A stretch of DNA of 64,000 bases from Vicugna vicugna (Eukaryota), in the NCBI GenBank assembly GCA_013265495.1, contig MU058000.1:1054001-1118000 (forward strand), written 5' to 3'. Of the stretch, positions 12,621 to 24,845 are shown piece by piece (the first letter of the stretch is position 1; each line of letters begins with the position of its first letter). The position numbers and the translations under genes are program-made. The notes beneath the pieces are model-generated. The model was not told the DNA's origin. It was given only the letters and a program-made list of their open reading frames with translations, and did no database searches.

Positions 12621-14024
12621 GGTGGGTGGGGGCAGAGGGTGAGTTATCAAAGACTCAGAAAAAAAGTATCTCACCCATTTTTCTCTGCTAAACCCATGTA
12701 GGTAGCTTCAAAGATTTTCTAGGATTCTTCATTTCTAGGATTTCTATCTTTTTAAACTGTGACTGAATTTTTACATAAAGGTTATGAGTGGTTCCCTCTT
12801 AGTTTTTCATTTTCTGTGCTGATTTCCCAGTTTTCCATGCAATAGCCTTTGTATGAATACCACGTCACAGAGTTACTTCCTTATATTTTCAAGTTTAAAT
12901 ACCCGTTTTATATTAATCCTTTGTGTTCTCCTCTTCACAGACATGGAGGACATCAGTTCAGTTTCTATGAACTTAAAAATAAATCAAGTTGCAATTAACC
13001 TATTTATGTGATTGCAAAATACTATACGTCTTTTCCTCTCCTACAGCAAGATACCTGTTCCTCCTGTTTGTTCTTATTAACAACCAGAATTCCTTGGGCT
13101 GATGATACTACTTGTTGACCAGCATGGAAGCATACATGAGTCATTATCTTTCCTGCTACCTTTTCCTTTTCTTAAAAAAAGTATTATAAAGCTTTTGCCT
13201 CATCTTTCTATTTTCTTATCATTTCATTGATCATAGGTCAGCATAGTTCCCACCAGGTATTATCTTTCAGGCCTTTTAACCTTTCTTATGCCAACTTATA
13301 GTTCTGTATTTCCCTTAGTTCTTTTCCAGTTATCTTAGAAAGATTTATCTCCCTCTGTTTGTTCCACTTGTGAGAGAAAAAGGGGCTTATCCAGACTATT
13401 CAGTTTAAGAGTATTGCTGGCAATGTCTCTATAGTAAAGGGAATGAAAGCTGGAAGCTTTGATGTGGAATTAGGGAGAATAAAGAATCAGTGCCTTTAAC
13501 CTCTAAACCCATTGAAAATGCACAGTAAATGCATTCAGAACCTTCAAGGGCCAACATTTTCTTCCTTATCTTTCTCTAATTAAATTTACTTTCACTGAAA
13601 GACAGAATCTTGAATTCTCAGTTTGTTGAATTTTGTTTTTCTCTTTTGATGTTTCAATCATATTGTTTGATACATTTCTTTTCTAATGCAATCCTACAGT
13701 ATTTCAGTTTCAACTGAGGTTAAAAAAGCTTTTGTGAACCAGACCCTTACAGAGAATGTGTAACATTTCATTATGTTTTTGAGGTCAAAGCAACTGGCAT
13801 ATAACTTTTGGAAAATATTAATTTTTATCATGGGGCCTCTGTATTAATTTCTTATGCTTAATGGGTTTTATTAAATATTTCGTTACCATCCATTTATTTT
13901 CAAAACCAATGCCTCCATTTTCTTTGCGTCAAACAAATAACCACCTTTGTAGGTTTTTATTTATTCATACTCCAGCTTGTAATTTTCTTTCTCTTATTCA
14001 CGTGGAAATTATTAATAACAATTA

Positions 14025-14900
14025 CCAATAGAGTGCCTAGTACATACCAGGCATTGTACTAATGATACTGGAAAAAATGGGGCACAAGAAGATGGCCATG
14101 TCCTAGGTCTCAGGCGAGTCCCTGGGATGGGCCCCACCAAGTGAGGGTCCTTGGTTTCGTGCAGGAAAGAATTCAAGAGTGAGCCATAATTGAGTAAAAG
14201 ATTTATTCAGGGAGGCACACACTCCATAGACCGAGTGTAGGCCATCTCAGAGGCCAAAGAGGCCACAAGGGGGATGGGTGGTCGTTAGAGTAAAAGTAGA
14301 TACACACTCCATAGACAGAGTGTGGGCCATCTAGGAAGGTGAGGGAGCGAGAAGCCACGAGGTGTGGTGTTGCTGTTTTTATGGGCTTGGTTATTTCATA
14401 TGCCAACGAGTGGGAGGATTATTCCAACTCCTTTGGGGAAGTGGTGGGGATTCCCAAGAATTGGGCCAGTGCCCACTTTTTGACCTTTTATGGCTAGCCT
14501 CAGAACTGCCATGGTGCCTGTGGCAGTGCCATTTTGTATGCTAATATATTACAACGATTGTATAATAAAGCTCAAGGTCTACTGGAAGTCAAATCTCCTG
14601 CCACCTTGGGCCTCAAGGTCTATTAGGAGTTGAATTCTTCACCATCTTAGTGCTAGTTACTGTGTCATTCCTTTTATAGTAGTGCCCTGCCCCCTTCCCT
14701 CCTGTCTCACTAAATCCTGAGACAGAGGTATTGAAGACATAGTTCCTATCTCAAGTTGTTCACACTCTAGTAGGGGGTGCCAGATGAGAAAACATAATTA
14801 TGAGACTGAATTAACTGAATTAACTCAGTTAATTGAATTATGACAGAGGCATAAAGTTCGTGGGAACATAGGAAAGGGTATCAACTTATCACTGGGGTCC
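14025..14900 (-). mobile_element. L2 fragment split by the ERV1 LTR
   Basis: gagtgcctagtacataccaggcattgtactaa [LTR] atcctgagacagaggtattgaagacatagttcctatctcaag rejoins as the L2 3' end. Confidence 0.7.
14063..14709 (-). mobile_element. ERV1-class (MER4-group-like) solo LTR, probably lineage-specific
   Basis: 647 bp, TG...CA termini, perfect 4-bp TSD ctaa (14059-14062, 14710-14713). Minus-strand TATA-like CATAAAAA (~14376-14383) and AATAAA (14202-14207). ggtccttggtttcgtgcaggaaagaattcaagagtgagcc resembles the MER50/MER51 U5. Interrupts an L2 fragment. Confidence 0.9.
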
Positions 14901-15004
14901 AGAGCTGGATGCTGTATGGTGTGACCTTGAAAAATTGCCCTATTGGACTAATAACTGAGTAGTGTTTACTGGTCCTGACTGTGGTACATCTGTGCAGTAG
15001 GATG

Positions 15005-15140
15005 TGCTTTGAAATCAGAGAGACTTGGAAAGAAATTCTGGGTCAGCTATTTCCTAAGTGATGTTCTATCTGAGATTCAGTTCTCATCTACAAAATGGGA
15101 ATGATACCTGCCTCACAAAATAGGGCTTGAATAAGATACT
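15005..15140 (+). mobile_element. MIR fragment
   Basis: tcagttctcatctacaaaatgggaatgatacctgcctcac. Confidence 0.75.
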
Positions 15141-15219
15141 GAGGTTCATATCTTTTCTTTAAGCTCCTCTCCATGGAAGTTAACAATAAGCCTGAACTCT
15201 GATTATCACAATTCATAAC

Positions 15220-15450
15220 ACTCAAGCTCTGGTTTAGGCTATTTACATGTCTAGTCCTTTTGATCATCATCAAAACTCTATTATGTACATATTGTTATTT
15301 CTATTATCCTTGCTTCACAAGGAGGAGGATGAGGTCTACAGAAGTTAAATGATTTGCCCCCAAGGATATGGTTCGTAAAAGATAGAGCAAGGGCTTGAAT
15401 TTAGATTTGCTTAGCACTAAAGCCCAGGTCATTATCCACTCCTATACTCT
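15220..15450 (-). mobile_element. MIR fragment
   Basis: gaggtctacagaagttaaatgatttgcccc...gggcttgaatttag. Confidence 0.65.
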
Positions 15451-18400
15451 TGCTCCCTGCTCTGTTTTATTTTGATTATTGATTATGATAGACATTTGTC
15501 TCATGAGTTTTGATTCCTAGGTAGAAGACTAAGGTAGACTTTAAACTATATGTTTTATGGGGACATGCACCATATGTATTTTTTGCTAAGCCTAATAACC
15601 AGCATGTCACCTAAAACTTGATACCAGAAGGCACCTTTATATTTGTAAAAGTGTAGGCTAAGCTGGTATAACAAAGAAACTCCAAGACACAGATTTTTGT
15701 TTCCTTCTCACATAACAGTCCACGGGGTAGGTAGGTTTGACTTTGCCATTTTCAGTAGGCAGGCAGATGACAACAAAAGTCCAGGTCAAGGATTTTTTTT
15801 TTAAGCAAGTGATGCTAAAATTGCCCCATCATTTCCATTCACTCTCCATTAGTGAAAACTTAGGTCATCAACCATCCCTATAAGATGGGTCAGAAAATTT
15901 AGGTTCTAGTTAAACAGCTACTTTCTCAGAAAGGAGAGAGAATAGATTTGTGGGCACTGACTGCAATTTCCATTATAGTGCTCAATGAACATTTATTGAA
16001 TGAGTAAATGAAGAAACTCAAAGCCTGTAAGTAAACATAAGCCCCAATGAGACCAAGACAAAGATGTTAGCTTGATCCACTAGCTTAGAGACCCATGTCA
16101 GCATGCCAATATGTCTTTCCAGTTAATTCTTGCAAAAACACATCTTTAGTCATAGGCACCTATTGTAAGTATCACTTCACTATAATGTTTTTCTTTAATC
16201 TGTGACTGTGAGCTTTTCTCTTGAATGCCAGTATGGGATCGAAGCTACAGAAGAGTTTGTGTGAGCTCCATGGATTATGCTGCTCTCTTAAGGGAGATAA
16301 AGTGACAGTGTGTACAACTCTTATCTATCACCTGTCAGGGATTCCTCATCCTGGGGCAGGGGAGAGTATCGGGAGTCTCAGCTGGTTATTTGTGATCCTC
16401 TTTAAGAATTACCTTGGCATTAGGCGAGAGTATCTGTGACACTGGCAAAATGTGATTTTAGTTCCCCCAAAAGAAAGTGCTGGAAATTTTCTACCTTTGG
16501 GCCTCTAGACTGTCAGATCAATATCCTGGCTTGGAACTCTATCCTAGCAACTTCCTCTTTTTTGCAATGTAACACTTTCTTTGTTTCATTAGAGTTTTTT
16601 CACAGCCCCTGTAGGGGCACGTGTTGTATGATGCCTGACTGGTAGCAGATAATTCACCCCACACAGAGAGTGACCACTTTTCTTTGTTGCCTGAGGGTCT
16701 GACAGATCCTTATTAATTTCAACAGCTAGAATTACAATAGACTTTGTGAATGCAGAAGAGAAAAAGCTACAGATCGGGGGGATAGTGAGGTCCTATTCTT
16801 CCAAACTTACCAAGGTGGAACGTTTCTCTCTCACTTGTAAGACTTAAAAAAAAAAAAAAAAAGAAGAACTACTGAAATCTCATAGCTCTTTAAGCTTTTC
16901 CATTCCTAAGAGCTTAAAGTGACTCTGTAGACCTATATCTTATTTATTTTCACGACATCCCTGTGGAATCAGAAGCTAGTTTTTCTTTTACTGTCCAGAG
17001 GAAAGGCAGTGCCTAAGAACTCAAGTGACTTGTATTCAAGGTCAAAAAATGAGTTGAGTTGCATGTAAAGCCAATGCTTAAATGCAGGTTTCTGACTCCT
17101 TACCTAGTGGCTGCTTTAAGATGATAGTATTTGGGGAAGAAATGTAGCTGGAAGAACTGAATATATATGATAAAGACATGATGCTATGATCTATCAAGGT
17201 TCAGATCTGGAAATATATCTTAGTTCACAGATTTAAAAAATACTTGTGATGACTTAGCAATATTTAATGATGCGATCTGTTCTCACTCCCTCAAGCCCCA
17301 GGCACAGGGATCATTATTCTGTATTTAGTTTGGATTCTGTATTCTGTATTTAGTTTGGATAATGCCCTGAAATCAGAGTTCCTAAATACCACTAATGATT
17401 TCAAATATTTCAAAAGAGTGGGGGATCTTGGTCATGGCAAATAATTGATGCCCATTAAATCGTTGTGGAATAGAATGGTTGTTATAACAAATTAAAAGTT
17501 GGGCGAACACCATCACCTCAAACTTGTAGGAGTGGAGCAGAGTCTCCTTAACCCCTGTGATACCTTTGCACAAATTAGAAAACATGCTTTTCTTCCAGGT
17601 GGACACAGTGCTAAGTCAGGGTGCACCCCTTGGTGAATGAAGCTCTGGATGGATTTCAGCCTCATTTATCCAACCCTTCAGCTGGATACTCTTTGTGGCA
17701 ATATTGGGATGGAACAATACCCTTCAAAGTCACCTGGCCCACCTTCCCACATTTAGGAAATACAACATTATGACTACCTTACAATAGAAGTTAATCCAAC
17801 TTTAAAGACCTCTTGGAAAAATATTTTCACAGCTTCATTAGTTACTCATAATAATATTCTGAAATCCTTGAGGTTAGGACAAGGTTCATCTTTTTATGAA
17901 GGGAGACATGTGCATGATCACTTCCAAGAGGAAGCTGACATTTACAGGTAATTCATCAGGAGGTTAACCTTATGCAGGACACAGCTCTCAGCACAGAAAG
18001 GCCAGAGAGATTGTGGAAAAACCTGAGTTACAGTAGGTCCTTATAAAATTCATTCTTATAATGGAGAAATAATTTGTCTCTCTTCCTTGAGAGCCCGGAA
18101 TTACCAATTTCCACTTGGGACTCAGGTTAGTATGATTAACCATAAAACAGATGGAAAAATGGGGGATTGAAAGAAAGGAAATACACTGAAAGTAGAACCT
18201 TAGCAGATCTTTTGGCCCTACCCGCCTGAAATGACAGCCCTGCATAGTGGGCAGTGACCTCTCTGAAAAGAACAACAATTAGGACTGCATAGATCACCAG
18301 CTTGCAGGGGATTTAACAAGCTTCACAAGAGACCAACTTACGACAAGCTTCCCACTGGACGTGGAGAACATCAGCGGGAAATGCTGGTGTACGAACAGGT

Positions 18401-18843
18401 GGCCTGGCCAAACTGCAGACAGCCATTCAGAGAGGAGAGCCTGTTTCCATCAATCAGGACTATAGGTGTCTGTACCCTTGGAGGCCACAGGAAGCACTAG
18501 ACCTCCGAAGACATAACTAGTTCCTGCAGAAGCTCCCTTCCTTTGACTCTACTGATTTTGGTAAGAATATAATTGTAAATGCACGGTCATACTAATGTTT
18601 GATGATGGGTGTGTTTTAATTCACAGCGTAAGAAAAAGAGAAATGGACAGAAATGAAGTGACTTGCTCACATGGCATCAGCAGACTTTAACTTTCCAATT
18701 TCATCTTTCCACTAAACCTGATCATTTCTAGAGTTGACCAAATATAGTTCATGAAATACCTATAGGTACCATTCGCTGAACGCTTAGTACGTGAGTACTT
18801 ACCATGTGTATGTATCAATTACTACGCTAAGCTCTTTATATAG

Positions 18844-19162
18844 TGTTATGGACTGAATTGTATCCCCCTAAAATGTATATGTTGAGACTCTAACTCACAA
18901 TGTGACTGTGTTTGGAGATGACGCCTTTAGGGAGATAAAGTTAAATGAGGTCATAAGGTAGGGGCCTAACACTTTAGGACTGGCGTCTTCGTAAGAGGAG
19001 GAGACCCGAGAAATCGCTCTCTCCCATACATGCAGAGGAAGGGTCACAGTAGGATGCAGTTAGAACTGAGGCTTCTGGCCTCCAGAACGGTGAGAAAATC
19101 AACTTCTCCTGTTTAAGTCACCCAGTCTGTGAAATTTTGCTATGGCAGCCTTACCTAACACA
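18844..19162 (+). mobile_element. MLT1A/MLT1B-like MaLR solo LTR, internally deleted
   Basis: tgttatggactgaattgtatccccctaaaa start, ttctggcctccagaacggtgagaaaat...tttaagtcacccagtctgtg...tatggcagcc end. Flanks tatag/tataa. Confidence 0.88.
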
Positions 19163-19525
19163 TATAATTAGCTCAGATAAGCTTTTTAATGGGACAGGTG
19201 ATATTGTTTTAGGAATTAAGAGTAGCAATTAAAAATGCAGGTGGTTTTAGAGCCCAACTATCTGATCTCAAATCCTAGTTCTGCCATTTTCTACTTGTGA
19301 CCCTGAGTAAGTTCTCAGTCTTTCTTTACATAAGTTTTTCCATCTGAAAAGTGGGCGTAATAATAGTATCTTTATTATTTTCTATTCAGTATTTTATTAA
19401 AATTAAACTAATAAAAAATAAAGATTGCAGATACTAAAAAAAAAATTATAGGAAAAAATAGTATCGTCCTTGTTGGGTGTTGAAGAGGGTTCAATGAGTT
19501 AATGTTTAAAAGTATTGTATTCTCT

Positions 19526-20787
19526 CCCTTACACCATATACAAAAATCAACTCAAAATGGATTAAAGACTTAAACATAAGACAAGATACAATAAACCTCC
19601 TAGAGGAAAACATGGGCAAAACATTATCTGACATACATTTCAAAAATTTTCTCCTAGAAGAAATAAAAGCAAGAATAAACAAATGGGACCTAATGAAACT
19701 TACAAGCTTCTGCACAGCAAAGGAAACCAGAAGTAAAACAAGAAGAAAACCTACGGAATGGGAGAAAATTTTTGCAAGTGAAATCGACAAAGGCTTGATC
19801 TCCAGAATATATAAGCAGCTCATACGACTCAATAAGAAAAAAATAAACAACCCAATACAAAAATGGGCAGAAGACCTAAACAAGCAGTTCTCCAGGGAAG
19901 ACATACAAATGATCAAAAAGCACATGAAAAAATGCTCAATATCACTAATTATCAGAGAAATGCAAATCAAAACTAGAATGAGGTATCACCTCACACCAGT
20001 CAGAATGGCCGTCATTCAAAAATCCAAAAATGACAAATGCTGGAGAGGCTGTGGAGAAAGGGGAACCCTCCTACACTGCTGGTGGGAATGCAGTTTGGTG
20101 CAGCCACTATGGAAAACAGTGTGGAGATTCCTCAAAAGACTAGGAATAGACTTACCATATGACCCAGGAATCCCACTCCTGGGCTTGTATCCAGAAGGAA
20201 ATCTACTTCAGGATGACACCTGCACCCCAATGTTCATAGCAGCACTATTTACAATAGCCAAAACATGGAAACAGCCTAAATGTCCATCAACAGGTGACTG
20301 GATAAAGAAGAGGTGGTATATTTATACAATGGAATACTACTCAGCCATAAAAACCGACAACATAATGCCATTTGCAGCAACATGGATGCTCCTGGAGAAT
20401 GTCATTCTAAGTGAAGTAAGCCAGAAAGAGAAAGAAAAATACCATATGAGATCGCTCATATGTGGAATCTAAAAAACAAAAACAAACAAACAAACAAAAA
20501 CAAAGCATAAATACAGGACAGAAATAGACTCACAGAGAATACAGACTTGTGGTTACCAGGGGGGTGGAGGGTGGGAAGGGATAGACTGGGATTTCAAAAT
20601 TATAGAATAGATAGACAAGATAACACTGTATAGCACATGGAAATATACACAAAATGTTATGATAACTCACAGAGGAAAAAAATGTGACAATGAGTGTGTA
20701 TATGTCCATGAATGACTGAAAAATTGTGCTGAACACTGGAATTTGACACATTGTAAAATGATTATAAATCAATGAAAAATGTTAAAA
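19526..20787 (+). mobile_element. Young LINE-1, 5'-truncated (1.26 kb)
   Basis: Uninterrupted ORF2 C-terminus, 3'UTR and short A-tail. Perfect 18-bp TSD aaaagtattgtattctct (19508-19525, 20788-20805) at a TT/AAAA L1 endonuclease site. Confidence 0.97.
19528..20472 (+). pseudogene. ORF2: L1 ORF2p C-terminal fragment (no EN/RT domains); frame open from the 5' truncation point to the stop
   Basis: [16 protein letters not shown]...[16 protein letters not shown]...[18 protein letters not shown] (CCHC knuckle)...MEYYSAIK...[14 protein letters not shown]. The ORF track starts at internal Met 19612. Confidence 0.95.
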
Positions 20788-20849
20788 AAAAGTATTGTAT
20801 TCTCTGGCACACAGAAAACCCTCAATATGAATAAGCTTTTGTTTTTACC

Positions 20850-20990
20850 TTAATTTCAGATGAAGAAATTGAGGCTTAGGGAGACTAAGAAGCTCAAGAT
20901 CACCCAGCTATTAAGCTGGGATGTACCATTATTGGAACTAGATTCTTCATTTGCAGAAACCAAGGACTTAATCTTTACACTGAATTGACT
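20850..20990 (-). mobile_element. MIR fragment
   Basis: tttcagatgaagaaattgaggcttagggag...caagatcacccagcta. Confidence 0.8.
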
Positions 20991-23954
20991 CTGGCAAAGG
21001 ACAATTAAGTGAGAGATTCAGTTAAAACTTTTTTCTAAGTAGGCTAACAATCTAGACATTTTGAATTTTTCCCACTTATACTGTAGGACCTTCGTGGGAC
21101 TTACTTTAACCCACTTCACTTACTTTAAAACACTTCACTTCCCTAAAAACACCAGGGATGTCAGAGAAGCGGTCTTTTATTATTTCTCTTCCTTCTCAAC
21201 ACAATCCTGACTTGCTTCCTCCTGTCCCAGCAGTCTTAGAAAGTGTCCAAAATAGAGGGAAAGCACACTTACCATAAAGTATATGAGGACATTTAGCTAA
21301 TAGAAAATGCTACATAAGAAACACGAAGTGGGCACATGGGCACAGAGAATTCCAAGGTGACCTCTACTAAGTTCATTTCTGTTTCATTCCACTGGGCAGT
21401 GAGACTTAGGGGGAAATCTTGAGGGATGCCAGTTTCTATGCAGCTTCTTGACTTCTCTGGCAAGCATTGAACATTGGGAACAACCAGGAAATCCCTCTCA
21501 GCTTTGTCTTAGGTGAACCATTTGCTTCTCGCTGTACCATTGCACATCTGCTGGCTCTGGTCTTGATTCTCTGGTTGCTTAAGCTGTAATTGCAACATGC
21601 CTTACCTTCTGGGAAGCTGCAGTCCACACAGCTACTGACTATTTAATATATTCCTGACCTGAGACCCCCATGCATGCTGAATCCTTTTTAGTGTGGCCAG
21701 AGGGAGGGGAATTTAATTGTTTTGGCTCATGATGGACCGTTTTCTCCTCTTTGCTTCTGAAGTCTTGCCAGAGACATTTTCTAACTCACTTGACCTTCCA
21801 AGATTTTTCTCTGTACCCAGTTGGTCTTCTGATTCCTACTTCTTTTCATATTATATCATTGTGTTTCCATCTTTTGACACTTATAATAATTATCCACTAT
21901 ACTTCAAGGTCATTGGCAACAAGAAATATGTGTGTATAACCTCATAGATGCCATGGGTTGGGCTAGGCACTGGAGATACCTACAAGATACTCTCCATCTC
22001 TCTCTCTATATATATACTGAATAAATAAACCAGTGAATGAATTAATGAAGCCTAGTCAGCTGCACTTGAGAGGACCAAGCAGTATATGCCTCCATGTTAC
22101 AGGTTATTAGAAGATGAAAGATTGAATAAATATTTATATATACACATGCACCACTTTGAATCCTGGCCCAAAGTCAACATCTTCTCAAGCAAACTAGCAA
22201 ACTTCAGAACTTCATAACTCGAATTTGTAGTTGCTAGAAGGTTCTAAGACTATGGCCTAATTGAAATTCTCCAGCTCCTTCAATTGTCAGAACTCAATGC
22301 TATTCTGAGAGGGAGCTCTGCTATCCCCATGGTAACAGGGCTTCATTAAAGGTGTGACATCACAAAGCTGTGCTTGTTTGAGGACACCTGGGAATTTTAG
22401 GTACAGACGGAAATACCATTAAAGGCAAATTATACATACATAGTCTGTGTAATTATGTGCACATGCATAGATATGCCTAATTTAGCCACACTTTTCATTT
22501 TGTCTCATTTATCATTAGGCTTTTAACAACTCAAATCTCAAGCATGGATGTAGTTTAGTGTGCTTTATCTTCTTGAAGAAGAGTGCATCTGAATTTTGGG
22601 GTAAATATCTACCATTTAATGTGATGCTGCTCTTGAGAAGAAAAGAAACAAATAGATCAAATCCCTTGCTTATCTACTTATTATTCCTTTCAGCCAAATT
22701 AAGGGAATGTTGATTCTTAACACACCCTCTGAAATGGATAAATATATCATCTCTATGCAAAATTTCCCACCACCATCCACCTGTCTGGCCATTCATGACT
22801 TAGGTCAGTTCCAGTAGCCTGCCTGAAGGGAGTATTTTAGACTTATGAGAAGGGATTGTACAGACAGCCTGGGCCAGGTCACCACAAATGTCTTTCATGT
22901 CTTTTTTTCTAATTAAAAAAATTAGTCAAAATATTCACACCATTTACTATCTTGTAGATGCCTCTAAATACTTTGCATAGTGTCTGGAAAAGGAAAAGTT
23001 TTTAAAAAAAGAACTCAGAGACTCAATGGATTTAAGAATGGTCTTGATTCCCTCATCACTAGGATAATCCCTTTGCTTTGTGTATTGGATTCCCTTGGAT
23101 TCCTTTCCTATCAAAGACAGTGCTTTTAATGGCTCCATGTTATACAATGCAGCCAGGAAAGGTACCAGTCAGACAGGATTAGCTCTGAGAATGCAGGAAA
23201 ATATGACAAGGTGAAAGGCTAACTATGAAGTGGGTTAGCTCATAAATAATATAGCTTGATAGGATTTATAAGGAAAAAATGTGAACGATATGCATAGGTG
23301 GTTTTGCAAGAACACGTGGTGTGTCTCTTTCCACTGGCTGAAGAGGTGCTCCAGCTGGAGTGTTTGCCAAGGTGACTTCTCCCTCCTGTGTGCTTTGAAA
23401 GGTCCTTGCTGCCCTTCTCTCTCCCCAGCCCCTACCCGCTTCTCTGTACATTTCTTGGAATTGTTAAAGATGTGAGGCTGAACGCTTGGCTTTGTTTATG
23501 ACATTGATTCGAGCTGAGTTTTTCTAAATGGAAGTCTAACGCTCTTTTTCTAAATAACGTCTATGTGTGCTCCCTTCATTGACATTCACGTTTTGGGTAG
23601 GAGAAACAATCAGTTCCATTTCCTACATTTCAAGTGAGTTGGAGGCAGTAGTCTCCATGAGGATTTTCCTGAGGGCTAGGTGAACAGACTATCTGAGGAT
23701 CAAAAATTACTTTCTCTATGTCTGTTAAATCCCATATGATTTTGAGTAAATTTCTTTTTTTTTCCTCAGTGGAAAAAAAAATGTTCAAACAGGAGGTTAA
23801 AGTTGGAAGGAAACTTAGAAAACCTATAGTTCAATCATTCATTTTAGAAAATGAAGAGACTAAGCCAAAGAAACAAAGCCAACCACTGCTTTGTAGCAGA
23901 ACCAGAGCAAGAAATCAGGAACCCCAGCTACTTAAGTTTCCTGCTAACATGTGG

Positions 23955-24070
23955 GAATATATGTATAAATGTACATACAATATATGCATGCCTGCAATAT
24001 ATGTATATGCAATGTATGTACACATACAATATATGTAACCACACACACTTACATGTATATGTAAATACAC
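23955..24070. repeat. Low-complexity (TATG/TACA)-type repeat
   Basis: Seen directly. Explains the spurious Y/M/C-rich ORFs here. Confidence 0.8.
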
Positions 24071-24089
24071 CTTGAATTTTATCTCACCC

Positions 24090-24251
24090 CCTTATGACTC
24101 AAAATGTGGTCTGTGGACCGGCAGCATTGCCATCACCGGGAGCTTGTTAGAGATGCAGAATTTCAGGCTCTACCCGAGACCTGCTGAATCTTAACCTGTA
24201 GCCTAATAGGATCCCCAGGTGATTCACATGCATTAAATTTGAGAAGCACTG
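24090..24251 (+). mobile_element. MER5A1/MER5A MITE
   Basis: ctcaaaatgtggtctgtggaccggcagcattgccatcaccgggagcttgttagagatgcagaat...ccccaggtgattc...tttgagaagcactg. Confidence 0.88.
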
Positions 24252-24559
24252 TTTTAACAATTCCTGCTTTTCTGTGATAACATAGTATGGTTATTCGGAG
24301 CCCAGAGATAATCCAAAATGCTCATTCTATATGCTGATTTCTCATCTTGTTCTCTCCTTCACAAAGTTTTAGTCATTTCACACTGCTGTAAAATGAAATG
24401 ATGCTGAAATGTATCACTTCTATTCCACTCCTGTCTTTTAGAAGAAAGAGTTGCCTTCAGTTCAGATTTTGCCTCAGTCTATTCAAATAAAAATTGTTCC
24501 TTGCCCCAGAGTGTGCTAAGTACTTTGTTCACCGTTGTCGCCTGCGATGGTGTGACATT

Positions 24560-24845
24560 ATAAGGATTACAGGATCTCCATTTTACCGAAGAGGAGACTG
24601 AGGCTGAAAGATGTGTCAGGGCTTGGACTTGAACCGAGATTTGGCTCATTCTGGAATGTGAACACTAACCACAGCGCATATCGCTTCTGCAATTCAAAGT
24701 TTGCTTCTTCTCCCAAGCATTTAACTCTCTGAAAAATGAAATTATCTTACCAAGTGAAAAACCAGAATTCAGACTTATCACAGTGCTTGGTACCTAGTAG
24801 GCACTTGAGAAAGATTTGTTGCATAAATGTATGAACGAATGAGAA
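24560..24845. mobile_element. MIR fragment (minus) followed by an L2 3' end (plus)
   Basis: ccattttaccgaagaggagactgaggct and cacagtgcttggtacctagtaggcactt...tttgttgcataaatg. Confidence 0.7.

Larger units (their letters stand above)
19222..20835 (+). mobile_element. MIR SINE interrupted twice (86-bp insert and young L1)
   Basis: MIR head and core at 19222-19370, resumes at 19466-19525 (gaagagggttcaatgagttaatgtttaaaag) and ends at 20806-20835 (ggcacacagaaaaccctcaata). Confidence 0.75.

Noticed and set aside
18298..18520. About 55 codons open in all three plus frames, with a small hairpin at ~18346-18385
   Set aside because: No recognisable peptide or good splice boundaries. The hairpin is too short for a pre-miRNA.
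19506..19970. 154-aa minus-strand hydrophobic ORF
   Set aside because: Antisense shadow of L1 ORF2; such ORFs are routine in L1 copies.
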